Shown: positions 26,776 through 36,806, counted from the first letter of the stretch. The stretch: 38,604 bases of DNA from an uncultured Draconibacterium sp. (GCA_964500765.1 CAZCPV010000001.1:1-38604), one strand, 5' to 3'. Numbers and translations: made by a program. Notes: generated by a model from the sequence alone, not told the origin.

Positions 26776-27035
26776 CCTTAATTCCGCAGTACTGCAACTA
26801 AACAGTTGACAATCACGGCGTTAATCGTTAATTAATAGTGATGTGTAATTGTTGCAACTTGCTGTTTATTAAGTTATTCACACCGTAACTTGCGGATTTT
26901 AGGTCTAACAGAAGATTTCATTTATTAAAAATCATTGTTATCAGATTAAATTTATATGTTGAGAAAAATGTTTTAACTAAAAAATTTTCAATTAATTTAG
27001 CGGAAATTTAAAAAACAAACTAAAAAATATTTATC

Positions 27036-27974
27036 ATGGATAAAGTTACAGTAATCGGTGCCGGAAATGTAGGTGCCACAGTTGCCTATTCCGTTGCAAG
27101 GAAAGACATCGTAAAAGAAGTTGTATTGATTGACATTAAAGAAGGACTTTCCGAAGGAAAAGCACTTGATATGTGGGAAACTTCGGCTATCGATCAGTTC
27201 AGTACAAAAGTAATCGGTTCAACCAATGATTATGAAAAAACAAAAGATTCGGATGTTATCGTAATTACTTCCGGTTTACCGAGAAAACCCGGTATGTCGA
27301 GAGACGATTTAATTTCAACAAATGCAAAGATTGTTCATGACGTAACATCAAAAGCATTGGCAAAATCGCCGAATGCCATTATTATTATTGTTTCAAATCC
27401 TTTGGATGTTATGAGTTATGCTGCTTTTAAAACAGCCGGTATTCCTTCTCACAGAGTTTTCGGTATGGCGGGTATATTAGATACGGCTCGTTTTCGTGCT
27501 TTCTTAGCCGATGAAATGGGAACTTCACCGAAAGATATTCAGGCATTATTGCTCGGCGGACACGGCGATACCATGGTTCCTTTGCCCAGATTTACAACCG
27601 TAAACGGAATTCCTATTACACAATATATAAAAGAAGACCGATTAAATGAAATTGTTGAACGAACCAAAAAAGGCGGCGGCGAATTGGTTAATTTAATGGG
27701 AACTTCCGCATGGTATGCTCCCGGTGCCGCAGCTGCTCAAATGGTTGAAGCAATCGTTAAAGACGAAAAAAGAACATTCCCCGTTTGTGCATTGCTTAAC
27801 GGTGAATACGGAATGAACAATATTTATCTCGGTGTGCCGGTTGTTCTCGGCAGAAACGGAATTGAAAAAATCATTGAACTTGATTTGAACGAAAAAGAAA
27901 TGAACGCTTTAAATGTTTCGGCAGAAGCCGTTAAAAAAGTTATGAATGTTCTTGATGATATGAATATTATTTAA
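27036..27974 (+). CDS. mdh: malate dehydrogenase (LDH-like type)
   Basis: 312 aa. Motifs seen: KVTVIGAGNVGAT, ITSGLPRKPGMSRDDL, IIVSNPLD, GMAGILDTARFR, LGGHGDTMVP. Confidence 0.93.
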   Translation: MDKVTVIGAGNVGATVAYSVARKDIVKEVVLIDIKEGLSEGKALDMWETSAIDQFSTKVIGSTNDYEKTKDSDVIVITSGLPRKPGMSRDDLISTNAKIVHDVTSKALAKSPNAIIIIVSNPLDVMSYAAFKTAGIPSHRVFGMAGILDTARFRAFLADEMGTSPKDIQALLLGGHGDTMVPLPRFTTVNGIPITQYIKEDRLNEIVERTKKGGGELVNLMGTSAWYAPGAAAAQMVEAIVKDEKRTFPVCALLNGEYGMNNIYLGVPVVLGRNGIEKIIELDLNEKEMNALNVSAEAVKKVMNVLDDMNII

Positions 27975-27994
27975 ATTTTTTTATCAGATATTTT

Positions 27995-28035
27995 AAAAAG
28001 ACAGTTCGGAGATTATTTCCTTGCTGTCTTTTTGT
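27995..28035 (+). terminator. intrinsic terminator after mdh
   Basis: AAAAAGACAG (27995..28004) pairs with CTGTCTTTTT (24-33 of the 28021 line, i.e. 28024..28033). The loop is 19 nt and a T-run follows. Confidence 0.65.
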
Positions 28036-28157
28036 ATTGTATTGATAAGTAGTGGATTAGTGTTTATGTAAAATTTTGTAAATAAAACTTTAAAATTAAC
28101 TGTATGCAAATTTCAATTATGCACTTTATTTTTACTTCTGTATTTAAAAAAAATCAA

Positions 28158-28165
28158 TATATTTG
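28158..28165 (+). promoter_or_regulatory. -7 promoter motif (TATATTTG) for secDF
   Basis: Exact TAnnTTTG match 45 nt upstream of the ATG at 28211. Confidence 0.5.
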
Positions 28166-28210
28166 CACCCCTGAAAATCAAACTTATATATAATTAAAGA
28201 AGATTAAGCA

Positions 28211-31200
28211 ATGCAAAACAAAGGAGTTATTACTTTTCTTGCCGTATTGTTGGCAATTGCAAGTATCTATCAACTATCATTTACTTATGCTACTTGGCGA
28301 GTAAAAAAACAAGCACGAGAATATGCAAAAGGCGATTTAAATAAAGAAAGAAATTATCTTGATTCGGTTGCCTCAATAAAAGCATATCCTTTTCCGGCAT
28401 ATACTTTTAAAGAATGCCAAGACAGAGAATTAAATTTGGGTCTTGACTTAAAAGGCGGTATGAATGTAATGTTGGAAGTTTCGGTTGCCGATTTGATTGT
28501 TAATTTATCCGATAATAATCAAAATCCGACTTTCAGAAAAGCCATACAATTAGCAAAAGAACGACAAGCAAATTCGCAGTCCGACTTTATTACTTTATTT
28601 TATGAAGCATTTAAAGAAATTGACCCGAATGCTCAATTGAGTGCTATTTTCGGTACATACAGTATGAAAGACAGAATTAAGCACGGAACACCCGATGCCG
28701 AGGTACTGAAAGTATTAAGACAAGAAGCAAACGATGCTATTGATAACTCATTGAATGTTCTTCGTTCGAGAATTGACAAATTCGGTGTTGTTCAACCCTC
28801 AATTCAAAAATTGGAAGGAAATTCCGGACGTATTTTAATTGAACTTCCGGGTGTGAAAGAACCGAAACGTGTGAGAAAACTTTTGCAGGGAACGGCTAAT
28901 CTTCAATTCTGGGAAACTTATTATTATCCTGAAGTTTACAGTTATTTCTTGAAAGCAAACGAACGGTTAAAAGAATTAAGAGCCGTTAAAAAAGAAATTT
29001 CTAAAGATTCAACCGGAAACGATACCGTAAAAAAAGAAGACCTTCTTTTGAATATTGATACAACAAAGACGGATACAACTTTGCAAGAAAGTTTATTAGG
29101 CGATTCATTAAATAACGATAATCCCTTGTTAGATAAAACAAACAATGAATTAACAAAAAAAGAAGGTTTCGATGAGTATCAAAAAAAATACCCTTTATTT
29201 GCCGTCTTAGTTCCTTATTTGGATAAAAGAAATCAGCCGATTAATTCTGCGGCAGTAGGTTTTGCTCATATGAAAGATACCGCTGAGGTTAATGCAATCT
29301 TAAAAATGAAACAAATTAAATCAATTTTCCCGAAAGAATTACGGTTAAAATGGGAAGTGAAACCTTTTGATGAAAAAGGTGAACTTTTTAAGTTAATTGC
29401 ATTAAAAGCTAAAAGAGCCGGAAAACCTGCATTGGAAGGAGATGTGGTAGTAAATGCAAGAACTCAAACCGACCCTGTTTCGGGCGAATGGGAAGTTTCT
29501 ATGACTATGAATGCCGAAGGTGCAGGAAAGTGGGCATTAATTACGAAAGAAAACATAGGCAGACAAATCGCTATTGTTTTGGACGATTATGTGTATTCTT
29601 ATCCTGTTGTAAATTCTGAAATCAGAGGCGGAAGTTCTTCAATTTCCGGACATTTTACACAGGAAGAAGCAAAAGACCTTTCAAACATTTTGAAATCAGG
29701 TAAATTGCAAGCTCCGGCATTAATTATTGAAGAACAAGTGGTAGGGCCTTCATTGGGTCAACAAGCTGTCAATCACGGAATGGCTTCGTTTATATTTGCC
29801 TTTATTTTGATTTTAATATATATGGTATTCTTTTATAAGACTGCCGGTTATATTGCCGATATTGCATTAATTGCAAATATCTTTTTAATTTTCGGTGTAC
29901 TTGCTTCATTACATGCCGTTCTTACCTTACCCGGTATTGCCGGTATCGTATTAACAATCGGTATGTCGGTGGATGCCAATGTGCTTATTTATGAGCGTAT
30001 AAAGGAAGAATTAGCTCTTGGGAAAGGGTTAAAATTAGCCGTACAAGACGGTTATAAAAATGCGTATTCCGCTATTATCGACTCGAACTTAACAACCTTA
30101 ATCACGGGTATTATATTATTTATTTTCGGACACGGTCCGATTAAAGGATTTGCTACTACTTTAATTATCGGTATTTTAACTTCTTTATTTTCAGCTATTT
30201 TTATTACACGTTTGGTATTTACTTCTCGTTTGGCAAAAAATAAAAAAACCGAGTTTTATACCAAATTTACAAAAAATGCTCTTAAAAATACGAAGATTGA
30301 TTTCATCGGGAAACGTACCATTTTTTATATTATTTCTGCATCAATTATCATTGTCGGATTAGTTTCATTATTTACAAACGGTTTAAATTACGGAGTAGAT
30401 TTTAAAGGCGGAAGAACCTTTGTTGTGAAATTTGATAAACCCGTTAAAACACAGGATATTGCAAATGACTTAAAAGTTACTTTCGGTGAAGCTCCCGAAG
30501 TTAAAACATACGGTACTTCCGACCAAGTGAAAATTATCACGAAATTTATGGTTAATAATAAAGCGGAAAATGCCGATAATATTGTTGAACAAAAATTATA
30601 CGAAGGGTTAAAACCGGTATTGGGACCTGATGTAACATTGGAAAAATTCTTAAGTGACTACAGAGAAAGTTCGCATAAAGTAGGACCGACCATTGCCGAT
30701 GATATAAAAATCGCAGCTTTATGGGCAATATTCTTCTCACTTTTGGCAATTTTCTTGTATATCTTTATTCGATTCAGAAATTGGCAATTCGGATTGGGTG
30801 CTATTGCAGCATTGGCACATGATGTTTTAATTGTTATCGGACTGTATTCGCTGTTATACAATTTTATGCCGTTTTCTCTGGAAATAAATCAGGCATTTAT
30901 TGCGGCAATTCTTACGGTAGTGGGCTATTCGGTAAACGATACGGTGGTTGTATTCGACCGTATCAGAGAATATCTGAAATTTTCAAAAACAAGAGACAAG
31001 AAAATATTGTATAACGATGCCTTAAACAGTACATTAAGTCGAACATTTAATACCTCAATGAGTACTTTCCTTGTATTGCTGGCAATTTTTATGTTCGGAG
31101 GAGAAGCCATTCAAGGATTTGTTTTTGCCTTGTTAATCGGTATTGTTGTCGGTACGTATTCATCTTTGTTTATTGCTACACCGATTGTTTACGATTCGGT

Positions 31201-31285
31201 TAAACACAAAACCGTAGAATCGGTTTCAAAACAAAAAAACAGAGAATATCTCGGCGGCAAAAAGAAAGGAAAGAAGAAAAAATAA
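28211..31285 (+). CDS. secDF: protein translocase subunit SecDF (fused)
   Basis: 1024 aa. The SecD part has LGLDLKGGMNV and VGPSLGQQAV plus a TM bundle. The SecF part has YGVDFKGGR and GYSVNDTVVVFDRIRE plus a second TM bundle. The single-polypeptide fusion is typical of Bacteroidota. Confidence 0.95.
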   Translation: MQNKGVITFLAVLLAIASIYQLSFTYATWRVKKQAREYAKGDLNKERNYLDSVASIKAYPFPAYTFKECQDRELNLGLDLKGGMNVMLEVSVADLIVNLSDNNQNPTFRKAIQLAKERQANSQSDFITLFYEAFKEIDPNAQLSAIFGTYSMKDRIKHGTPDAEVLKVLRQEANDAIDNSLNVLRSRIDKFGVVQPSIQKLEGNSGRILIELPGVKEPKRVRKLLQGTANLQFWETYYYPEVYSYFLKANERLKELRAVKKEISKDSTGNDTVKKEDLLLNIDTTKTDTTLQESLLGDSLNNDNPLLDKTNNELTKKEGFDEYQKKYPLFAVLVPYLDKRNQPINSAAVGFAHMKDTAEVNAILKMKQIKSIFPKELRLKWEVKPFDEKGELFKLIALKAKRAGKPALEGDVVVNARTQTDPVSGEWEVSMTMNAEGAGKWALITKENIGRQIAIVLDDYVYSYPVVNSEIRGGSSSISGHFTQEEAKDLSNILKSGKLQAPALIIEEQVVGPSLGQQAVNHGMASFIFAFILILIYMVFFYKTAGYIADIALIANIFLIFGVLASLHAVLTLPGIAGIVLTIGMSVDANVLIYERIKEELALGKGLKLAVQDGYKNAYSAIIDSNLTTLITGIILFIFGHGPIKGFATTLIIGILTSLFSAIFITRLVFTSRLAKNKKTEFYTKFTKNALKNTKIDFIGKRTIFYIISASIIIVGLVSLFTNGLNYGVDFKGGRTFVVKFDKPVKTQDIANDLKVTFGEAPEVKTYGTSDQVKIITKFMVNNKAENADNIVEQKLYEGLKPVLGPDVTLEKFLSDYRESSHKVGPTIADDIKIAALWAIFFSLLAIFLYIFIRFRNWQFGLGAIAALAHDVLIVIGLYSLLYNFMPFSLEINQAFIAAILTVVGYSVNDTVVVFDRIREYLKFSKTRDKKILYNDALNSTLSRTFNTSMSTFLVLLAIFMFGGEAIQGFVFALLIGIVVGTYSSLFIATPIVYDSVKHKTVESVSKQKNREYLGGKKKGKKKK

Positions 31286-31308
31286 AAATTATTTAATTTT
31301 ATTTAAAG

Positions 31309-31336
31309 GCCTTGATTTTTTATCAGGGCTTTTTTA
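31309..31336 (+). terminator. intrinsic terminator after secDF
   Basis: 8-bp stem GCCTTGAT (31309..31316) / ATCAGGGC (31322..31329) with one G-U pair, loop TTTTT, then TTTTTT. Confidence 0.6.
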
Positions 31337-31337
31337 T

Positions 31338-31345
31338 TAAATTTG
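31338..31345 (+). promoter_or_regulatory. -7 promoter motif (TAAATTTG) for tatA
   Basis: Exact TAnnTTTG match 14 nt upstream of the ATG at 31360, immediately after the secDF terminator. Confidence 0.4.
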
Positions 31346-31359
31346 AAAAAAATTTAATT

Positions 31360-31635
31360 ATGACACTCTTATTTATCAGCGGCGGCGAAATTTTCTTTAT
31401 CGCATTGGCAATATTGCTGCTTTTCGGTGCCGATAAACTTCCGGAAATTGCCAGAACAATAGGTAAAGGCATTAAACAATTTAAAGATGCGGCTGAAGAT
31501 ATAAAAAATGAAGTACAAAAGGAAGCGGAAGCTGAGGGCTCTGAATTTGTTGAGGATTTAAAAGAAATTAAGAAAACAGCTGACGATATAAAGAAAAATG
31601 TTACAAAATATAAAATTTTTGAAAATAACGATTAA
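31360..31635 (+). CDS. tatA: twin-arginine translocase TatA/E family protein
   Basis: The ATG at 31360 gives MTLLFISGGEIFFIALAILLLFGADKLPEIARTIGKGIKQFKDA, a TM helix plus amphipathic helix, followed by an acidic/lysine-rich tail. The ORF-track start (31312) lies over the secDF terminator. Confidence 0.85.
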   Translation: MTLLFISGGEIFFIALAILLLFGADKLPEIARTIGKGIKQFKDAAEDIKNEVQKEAEAEGSEFVEDLKEIKKTADDIKKNVTKYKIFENND

Positions 31636-31716
31636 TATAAACTGCCGTTAATTATATAGATTCTTTGGTATTATTTAAGTGAGAGATAAAAAGAATAACA
31701 ATCCTTTTAAATTTTT

Positions 31717-34704
31717 ATGAGTGAAAATAATAAAATAGTCAATGAAATCTTAAAATCGGCTTATTCAAAAAGTGATATTTTGTATAAACTCATGAATTTT
31801 AGAGTAAGAAAAATATTACTTGTGGCTCATTTATACGATGCTTTGAGCATTGAAAGAGAAGGACGTTTAGATGATGCCGTAAGAGGTGATTATTACAAAA
31901 TGAATTTATCTTCCGCACCGGAAATTATAAAATCCTTAACATACAGAGATGCATTAAACAAACTTAAAAATTCCGATTTTGATTTGGTAATTATTATGGC
32001 GGGTATCGATAAAAGAACACCGCTTAAAATAGCCGATAAGATTAAAATAATTTATCCTGAACTCCCTGTATATCTGCTTGTTAATAATAATGCAGATATA
32101 AACTACTATAAGAAAAACTATAAAAAACTTTCCGGAATAGAAAATATATTTGTTTGGAACGGAGATTCAAGCATTTTTTTGTCAATCGTAAAATTGTACG
32201 AAGATAAAATAAATGTTAAAAATGATACAAAAACAGGACTGTCAAGAATTATTCTTTTGGTTGAAGACACCGAACGGTATTATTCACGCTATATTCCTCT
32301 TTTGTATAAAAACGTGATGGAACAAACGCAACGCATTATTGAAGATACGGATAAAACCGATGATTTGCAAAAACTTCTGAAAATGCGTTTGAGACCTAAA
32401 ATTTTATTGGCAACAAATTATGAAGAAGCAATTTCGATTTACAAAAAGTATAAAAAATATATTTTAAGCGTAATTTCCGATGTGAAATTCAACAAAAACG
32501 GAGTTATTAACAGAAAAGCCGGTTTCCATTTAATCAGTTACATAAAAAGCAAAACACCGAATATTCCTACGGCAATTCAATCTTCCGATAAAGAAAATAA
32601 ATTTCTTGCCGAAACAAAGTATAAATCAAAATTTATAGATAAAAATTCCAACAGTTTATTAGCCGATATAATGGATTTTATTATGTATAATCTGGGTTTC
32701 GGAGATTTTATTTTCAGAGATAAACAAGGAAAAGAGGTCGGCAGAGCAGTTGATATGGACGATTTCTACAGACGTTTGCACGATATCAGTGATGAAAGTT
32801 TGGCTTATCATGCCGGAAAAAATCATTTCTCTTTGTGGCTTCGCGCACGCGGTGAACTGTATTTGTCGGAGCAAATAGAACCGGTAAAAATCGCTGATTT
32901 TAAAGGTATTACTGAGTTAAGACAGCATTTAATTAAATCTTTTTTAAATAATAAAATTGAAAAAAACAGAGGAAAATTAATCAGCATTGACGACCCTACG
33001 GTAATTGACGACAGCAATATCGGAATTTTAGCATCCGGAGCACTCGGAGGAAAAGGCAGAGGATTGGCATTTATCAGTAATTTGATATATAATTTTAATA
33101 TAAATAAACATATTCCCGGTATTAAGCTGAAAACGCCGAAAACATTTATAATAGGTACGGATGAATACGACGAATTTTTAAAGAAAAATAACTTATTTAC
33201 CACAGCCGGAAATACGATTGATAAAGGAGAATTATTTGAACTGTTCTCAAAAAATAACTTAAGTCCTTTACTGATAAGGCGATTGCTCAAAATTCTCGAA
33301 TTAACGAAAAAACCTCTGGCGGTACGTTCATCCGGTTTATTCGAAGATTCTCTTATGCAACCTTTTGCCGGCGTTTTTTCAACTTATCTTTTGCCGAATA
33401 ATCATCCGGATATAAATCATCGTTTAGAGGAACTCATAACTGCGATTAAGCTTGTTTTTGCATCCGTTTTTTCCGAAATTTCAAAAAATTATATCAATGC
33501 CGTAAATTATGAGATAGAAGAAGAAAAAATGGCAGTTGTAATTCAGGAAGTTGTCGGAAATAAATACGAAAACTATTATTTCCCGCATATCAGCGGCACT
33601 GCCCAGTCGTATAATTACTACCCTTTCGGGAAAATACAACCCGAAGACGGTATTGTTACGGCAGCCGTAGGGTTGGGAATTTATGTCGTTGAAGGCGAGA
33701 AAGCATATCGGTTTTCACCGAAACACCCGACACTGCAAAATCATTCCGAAAAAGATTTGTTCAAAAATACACAAACCGAATTTTATGCCGTCGATTTATC
33801 AAAAGAAAAAATAGATTTTAAAAAAGGCGAAACCGCAGGATTAATACGTTTGCCCCTTACGGAAGCGGAACGTATCAATAAAGACAGAATAAAACATTGT
33901 TTATCAACATTTAATGCCGATAATAATGCAATTTATCCCGGAATTGATGCTTACGGACCGCGAATTGTAAATTTTGCAAATATTCTGAAATACAATTATA
34001 TTCCTTTGGCAGAATCCGTTTCGACTATTTTGCATATTATGAAAGAAACCATGGGCTCGCCCGTCGAAATCGAATTTGCTCTTGATTTGAATCTTGACGA
34101 GAACAGAGAAGCGTCCTTATATCTTCTTCAGGTAAAACCATTGATAGGCAGTGCACAAGACTATACCGTTAATTTACAGAATTTTAACCCTGAAAATGCA
34201 CTGTTATTTTCCGAAAATGCAATGGGTAACGGTAAAATTAAAAATATAAAAGATGTCATTTTTGTGTCGCCCGAAATATTCGATAAATCAAAAACAGAAC
34301 AAATTGCACGCGAAATTGACGAGTTGAACCGAAAAATGATTAAACAAAATAAATCATACTTGTTAATCGGACCGGGAAGATGGGGAACACGCGACAAATG
34401 GATTGGTATTCCCGTAAATTGGACACAAATTTCAAAAGCAAAAGTAATTGTAGAAACAAGTTTGGAAGATTTTCCTTTGGAAGCATCGGCAGGTTCGCAT
34501 TTTTTTCATAACGTAACCTCGATGAATGTTGCTTATATATCTGTAAATCATAGAAGTGAGAAATGCTTTATTAATTGGGATTTATTGAACAAACAAAAAA
34601 TCGAAGAGCAAAAAACATTTGTTAAACACATTGAATTTAAAAAGCCCTTAAAAATTCAACTTGACGGGAAAAAACGGATAGCCGTAATTGAACCCGAAAA
34701 ATAA
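31717..34704 (+). CDS. pseudo-receiver + receiver + PPDK/PEP-synthase-type ATP-grasp (PPDK_N) multidomain protein, function unknown
   Basis: 995 aa. The first REC-like fold (RKILLVAHL ... FDLVIIMAG) lacks the acceptor Asp. The second REC (RIILLVEDT ... ILSVISDVKF) has an acidic pocket and Asp. ATP-grasp blocks are GALGGKGRGLAFI, LAVRSSGLFEDSLMQPFAGVFSTYL, MAVVIQEVVG and VEIEFALD. I saw no TSHAA-type phosphohistidine motif. Confidence 0.85.
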   Translation: MSENNKIVNEILKSAYSKSDILYKLMNFRVRKILLVAHLYDALSIEREGRLDDAVRGDYYKMNLSSAPEIIKSLTYRDALNKLKNSDFDLVIIMAGIDKRTPLKIADKIKIIYPELPVYLLVNNNADINYYKKNYKKLSGIENIFVWNGDSSIFLSIVKLYEDKINVKNDTKTGLSRIILLVEDTERYYSRYIPLLYKNVMEQTQRIIEDTDKTDDLQKLLKMRLRPKILLATNYEEAISIYKKYKKYILSVISDVKFNKNGVINRKAGFHLISYIKSKTPNIPTAIQSSDKENKFLAETKYKSKFIDKNSNSLLADIMDFIMYNLGFGDFIFRDKQGKEVGRAVDMDDFYRRLHDISDESLAYHAGKNHFSLWLRARGELYLSEQIEPVKIADFKGITELRQHLIKSFLNNKIEKNRGKLISIDDPTVIDDSNIGILASGALGGKGRGLAFISNLIYNFNINKHIPGIKLKTPKTFIIGTDEYDEFLKKNNLFTTAGNTIDKGELFELFSKNNLSPLLIRRLLKILELTKKPLAVRSSGLFEDSLMQPFAGVFSTYLLPNNHPDINHRLEELITAIKLVFASVFSEISKNYINAVNYEIEEEKMAVVIQEVVGNKYENYYFPHISGTAQSYNYYPFGKIQPEDGIVTAAVGLGIYVVEGEKAYRFSPKHPTLQNHSEKDLFKNTQTEFYAVDLSKEKIDFKKGETAGLIRLPLTEAERINKDRIKHCLSTFNADNNAIYPGIDAYGPRIVNFANILKYNYIPLAESVSTILHIMKETMGSPVEIEFALDLNLDENREASLYLLQVKPLIGSAQDYTVNLQNFNPENALLFSENAMGNGKIKNIKDVIFVSPEIFDKSKTEQIAREIDELNRKMIKQNKSYLLIGPGRWGTRDKWIGIPVNWTQISKAKVIVETSLEDFPLEASAGSHFFHNVTSMNVAYISVNHRSEKCFINWDLLNKQKIEEQKTFVKHIEFKKPLKIQLDGKKRIAVIEPEK

Positions 34705-34717
34705 TTTGTCTCCGATT

Positions 34718-35047
34718 TTATACAGAATCTCTGATTTCAATTAACATATTTTTAATTTTTTTCAATCGTTTGACAATTTCAAAATTTTGAACCGTATTTT
34801 CTCTGTTTTCCTTTAATTTTAGTTTTGCTCCTTCCAGGGTTAATTTTTTTTCTTTAACAAGGTGATATATAAGGTGCAGATTATCAATATCTTTCGGTGT
34901 AAATAATCGGTTGCCTTTTTTATTTTTTTTTGGTTTTAAAATTGAAAATTGATTTTCCCAATAGCGTATTAACGAAACATTAACATCAAACATTTCGGCA
35001 ACCTCACCGATGGTATAGTATAATTTTTCTGTTTTTTTAGTGTCCAT
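34718..35047 (-). CDS. MerR-family transcriptional regulator (small)
   Basis: 109 aa. The N-terminal HTH is YTIGEVAEMFDVNVSLIRYWENQF ... RLFTPKDIDNL, followed by a coiled-coil-like tail. Confidence 0.85.
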   Translation of the reverse strand: MDTKKTEKLYYTIGEVAEMFDVNVSLIRYWENQFSILKPKKNKKGNRLFTPKDIDNLHLIYHLVKEKKLTLEGAKLKLKENRENTVQNFEIVKRLKKIKNMLIEIRDSV

Positions 35048-35065
35048 TGTATAATATCAGAACTA

Positions 35066-35073
35066 CAAATTTA
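35066..35073 (-). promoter_or_regulatory. -7 promoter motif (TAAATTTG on minus strand) for the MerR-family gene
   Basis: Exact TAnnTTTG match 18 nt upstream of the ATG at 35047. Confidence 0.45.
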
Positions 35074-35109
35074 TAAAAAAATAAATTAATCTGATTGCAG
35101 TTGTTTTAT

Positions 35110-35802
35110 TTATTCTTGATTCATTAAATCGTCGTATAAATCGGGGCGTAATTTCTTTGTTCTTTCAAGCGATTGTTTCATTTTCCATTTTTCAATTTCC
35201 TTAAAGTTGCCTGAAAGCAGAACATCGGGAACTTTCAAACCTTTATATTCGGCAGGTCGTGTGTAAACAGGCGGTGCAAGCAGTTTGTCTTGAAACGAAT
35301 CGGTTAATGCCGAAGTTTCGTCGGAAATGGCTCCGGGCAATAAGCGAATAATGCTGTCCGTAATTATTGCAGCAGCTAATTCACCTCCCGTTAAAACATA
35401 ATCGCCTACGGAAATTTCTTTTGTTATTAAAGTGTCGCGTATCCTTTGGTCAATTCCTTTATAATGTCCGCATAAAATAAGAATATTTTTTTTACAGGAT
35501 AAGATATTGGCTTCTTTTTGCGAATACGGCTCACCGTCGGGCGATGTATATATTATTTCATCATAATTACGTTGCGATTTTAAAAAATTAATAGCATTGT
35601 CAACCGGTTTTATTTTTATAACCATTCCGGCATCGCCGCCGAACGAATAATCATCAACTCTTCGGTGTTTATCTTTACAAAAATCTCGTAAATTATGAAT
35701 GTGAATTTCCGCAATTCCTTTATCTTGAGCTCTTTTAATAATTGAATGATTAAAAGGACTTTCAAGTAATTCAGGTAAAACCGTAATAATATCAATTCTC
35801 AT
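35110..35802 (-). CDS. trmD: tRNA (guanine37-N1)-methyltransferase
   Basis: 230 aa. Motifs seen: [65 protein letters not shown]. Confidence 0.95.
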   Translation of the reverse strand: MRIDIITVLPELLESPFNHSIIKRAQDKGIAEIHIHNLRDFCKDKHRRVDDYSFGGDAGMVIKIKPVDNAINFLKSQRNYDEIIYTSPDGEPYSQKEANILSCKKNILILCGHYKGIDQRIRDTLITKEISVGDYVLTGGELAAAIITDSIIRLLPGAISDETSALTDSFQDKLLAPPVYTRPAEYKGLKVPDVLLSGNFKEIEKWKMKQSLERTKKLRPDLYDDLMNQE

Positions 35803-35842
35803 AATGTGATTTTATTATATAATTATATGCTAAATTAATTTA

Positions 35843-36781
35843 TTATCCGTAATAATGTTGTAAAACAGCGGCAATTTCCATAAAATATGCAATTCCTACA
35901 TGAATAATGATACCGCCGAAAATATTTTTCTTCGCCAAAGCATGAATTCCCAAAATCATTCCGCCGAAAAACGAGCTGATTGCCTCGCCCGCAGGTTTTC
36001 CGAAATGCAAAATAACATAAGCACCCGCCATCGGCAAAACGGCTTCTCTTCCGAGAATTTTTGCCATACCTACAATTAATGCCCCTCTGTACATAAGCTC
36101 AATACTTACAAAATCCAACCCGTAGGCAAGCTCAAAAATACCTTCGCTTTGTATGGGCGACATTCCGAACGCTCCTTTGTAATTATAAAATCGATATTGC
36201 GGGTAGGTATGTTGAAAATCCGGTTGAAAAGAAGCAATCGTTATTAACGGAATCATAAGCAGTAACATAAGAAAAAAAGGTCGGTAATTCATACCTTTAC
36301 AGCGTAATCCGTATAAATGATTCATGTCTTTATCATAAATTCTTTTAACGGCATAAAAAACAATGATAAAAGGAATAATTCGTTTCAGATTAAATATAAG
36401 ATTATGAACATAATTGTTTTCGGAATAATTTAATTTTGAAAAATCAATAAAATATCGTACTTGCCAAAAAGCAACCATTACACCGAAAATTCCGAAAAAA
36501 ACAATACTTTTTATCCAAAATTCGGATTGTTTCAATAAATATTGTTTTTTCTTTATGAAAAGAACGGGAATAAGTATTAACAAATAAGGTAAAAGATAAT
36601 ATAATGTATAAATTAAAAAACTGACGGGTTTTCCGTAATAACTGTTAACGGTTCTGTCTTCAAAACTGTATTTATAATTAAAATACAGAGCAAATGCCAA
36701 AAATAAAATTGTATAAATATAAGCAAACAAATTAAAATCTTTCTTTAAAAATGCTCTTATTTCAATTACAATTTCTTTCAT
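35843..36781 (-). CDS. CPBP-family (CAAX/Abi-type) intramembrane protease
   Basis: Polytopic, with SIELMYRGAL (ExxxR motif) and later HFGKP and IIIHVGIAYFME (His motifs). The ORF-track start at 36799 is TTG and sits only 7 nt from a TAAATTTG promoter motif (36807..36814), so I prefer the ATG at 36781 (MKEIVIEIRAF...). Confidence 0.8.
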   Translation of the reverse strand: MKEIVIEIRAFLKKDFNLFAYIYTILFLAFALYFNYKYSFEDRTVNSYYGKPVSFLIYTLYYLLPYLLILIPVLFIKKKQYLLKQSEFWIKSIVFFGIFGVMVAFWQVRYFIDFSKLNYSENNYVHNLIFNLKRIIPFIIVFYAVKRIYDKDMNHLYGLRCKGMNYRPFFLMLLLMIPLITIASFQPDFQHTYPQYRFYNYKGAFGMSPIQSEGIFELAYGLDFVSIELMYRGALIVGMAKILGREAVLPMAGAYVILHFGKPAGEAISSFFGGMILGIHALAKKNIFGGIIIHVGIAYFMEIAAVLQHYYG

Positions 36782-36806
36782 TTTCGTGTTTTGTTTCAAA
36801 AAATGC

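Noticed and set aside
32823-33290. 155-aa minus-strand ORF inside the 995-aa gene
   Set aside because: It is antisense to a frame with clear REC and ATP-grasp motifs. The product is Ser/Phe/Leu/Ile/Asn-rich with no signal of function.
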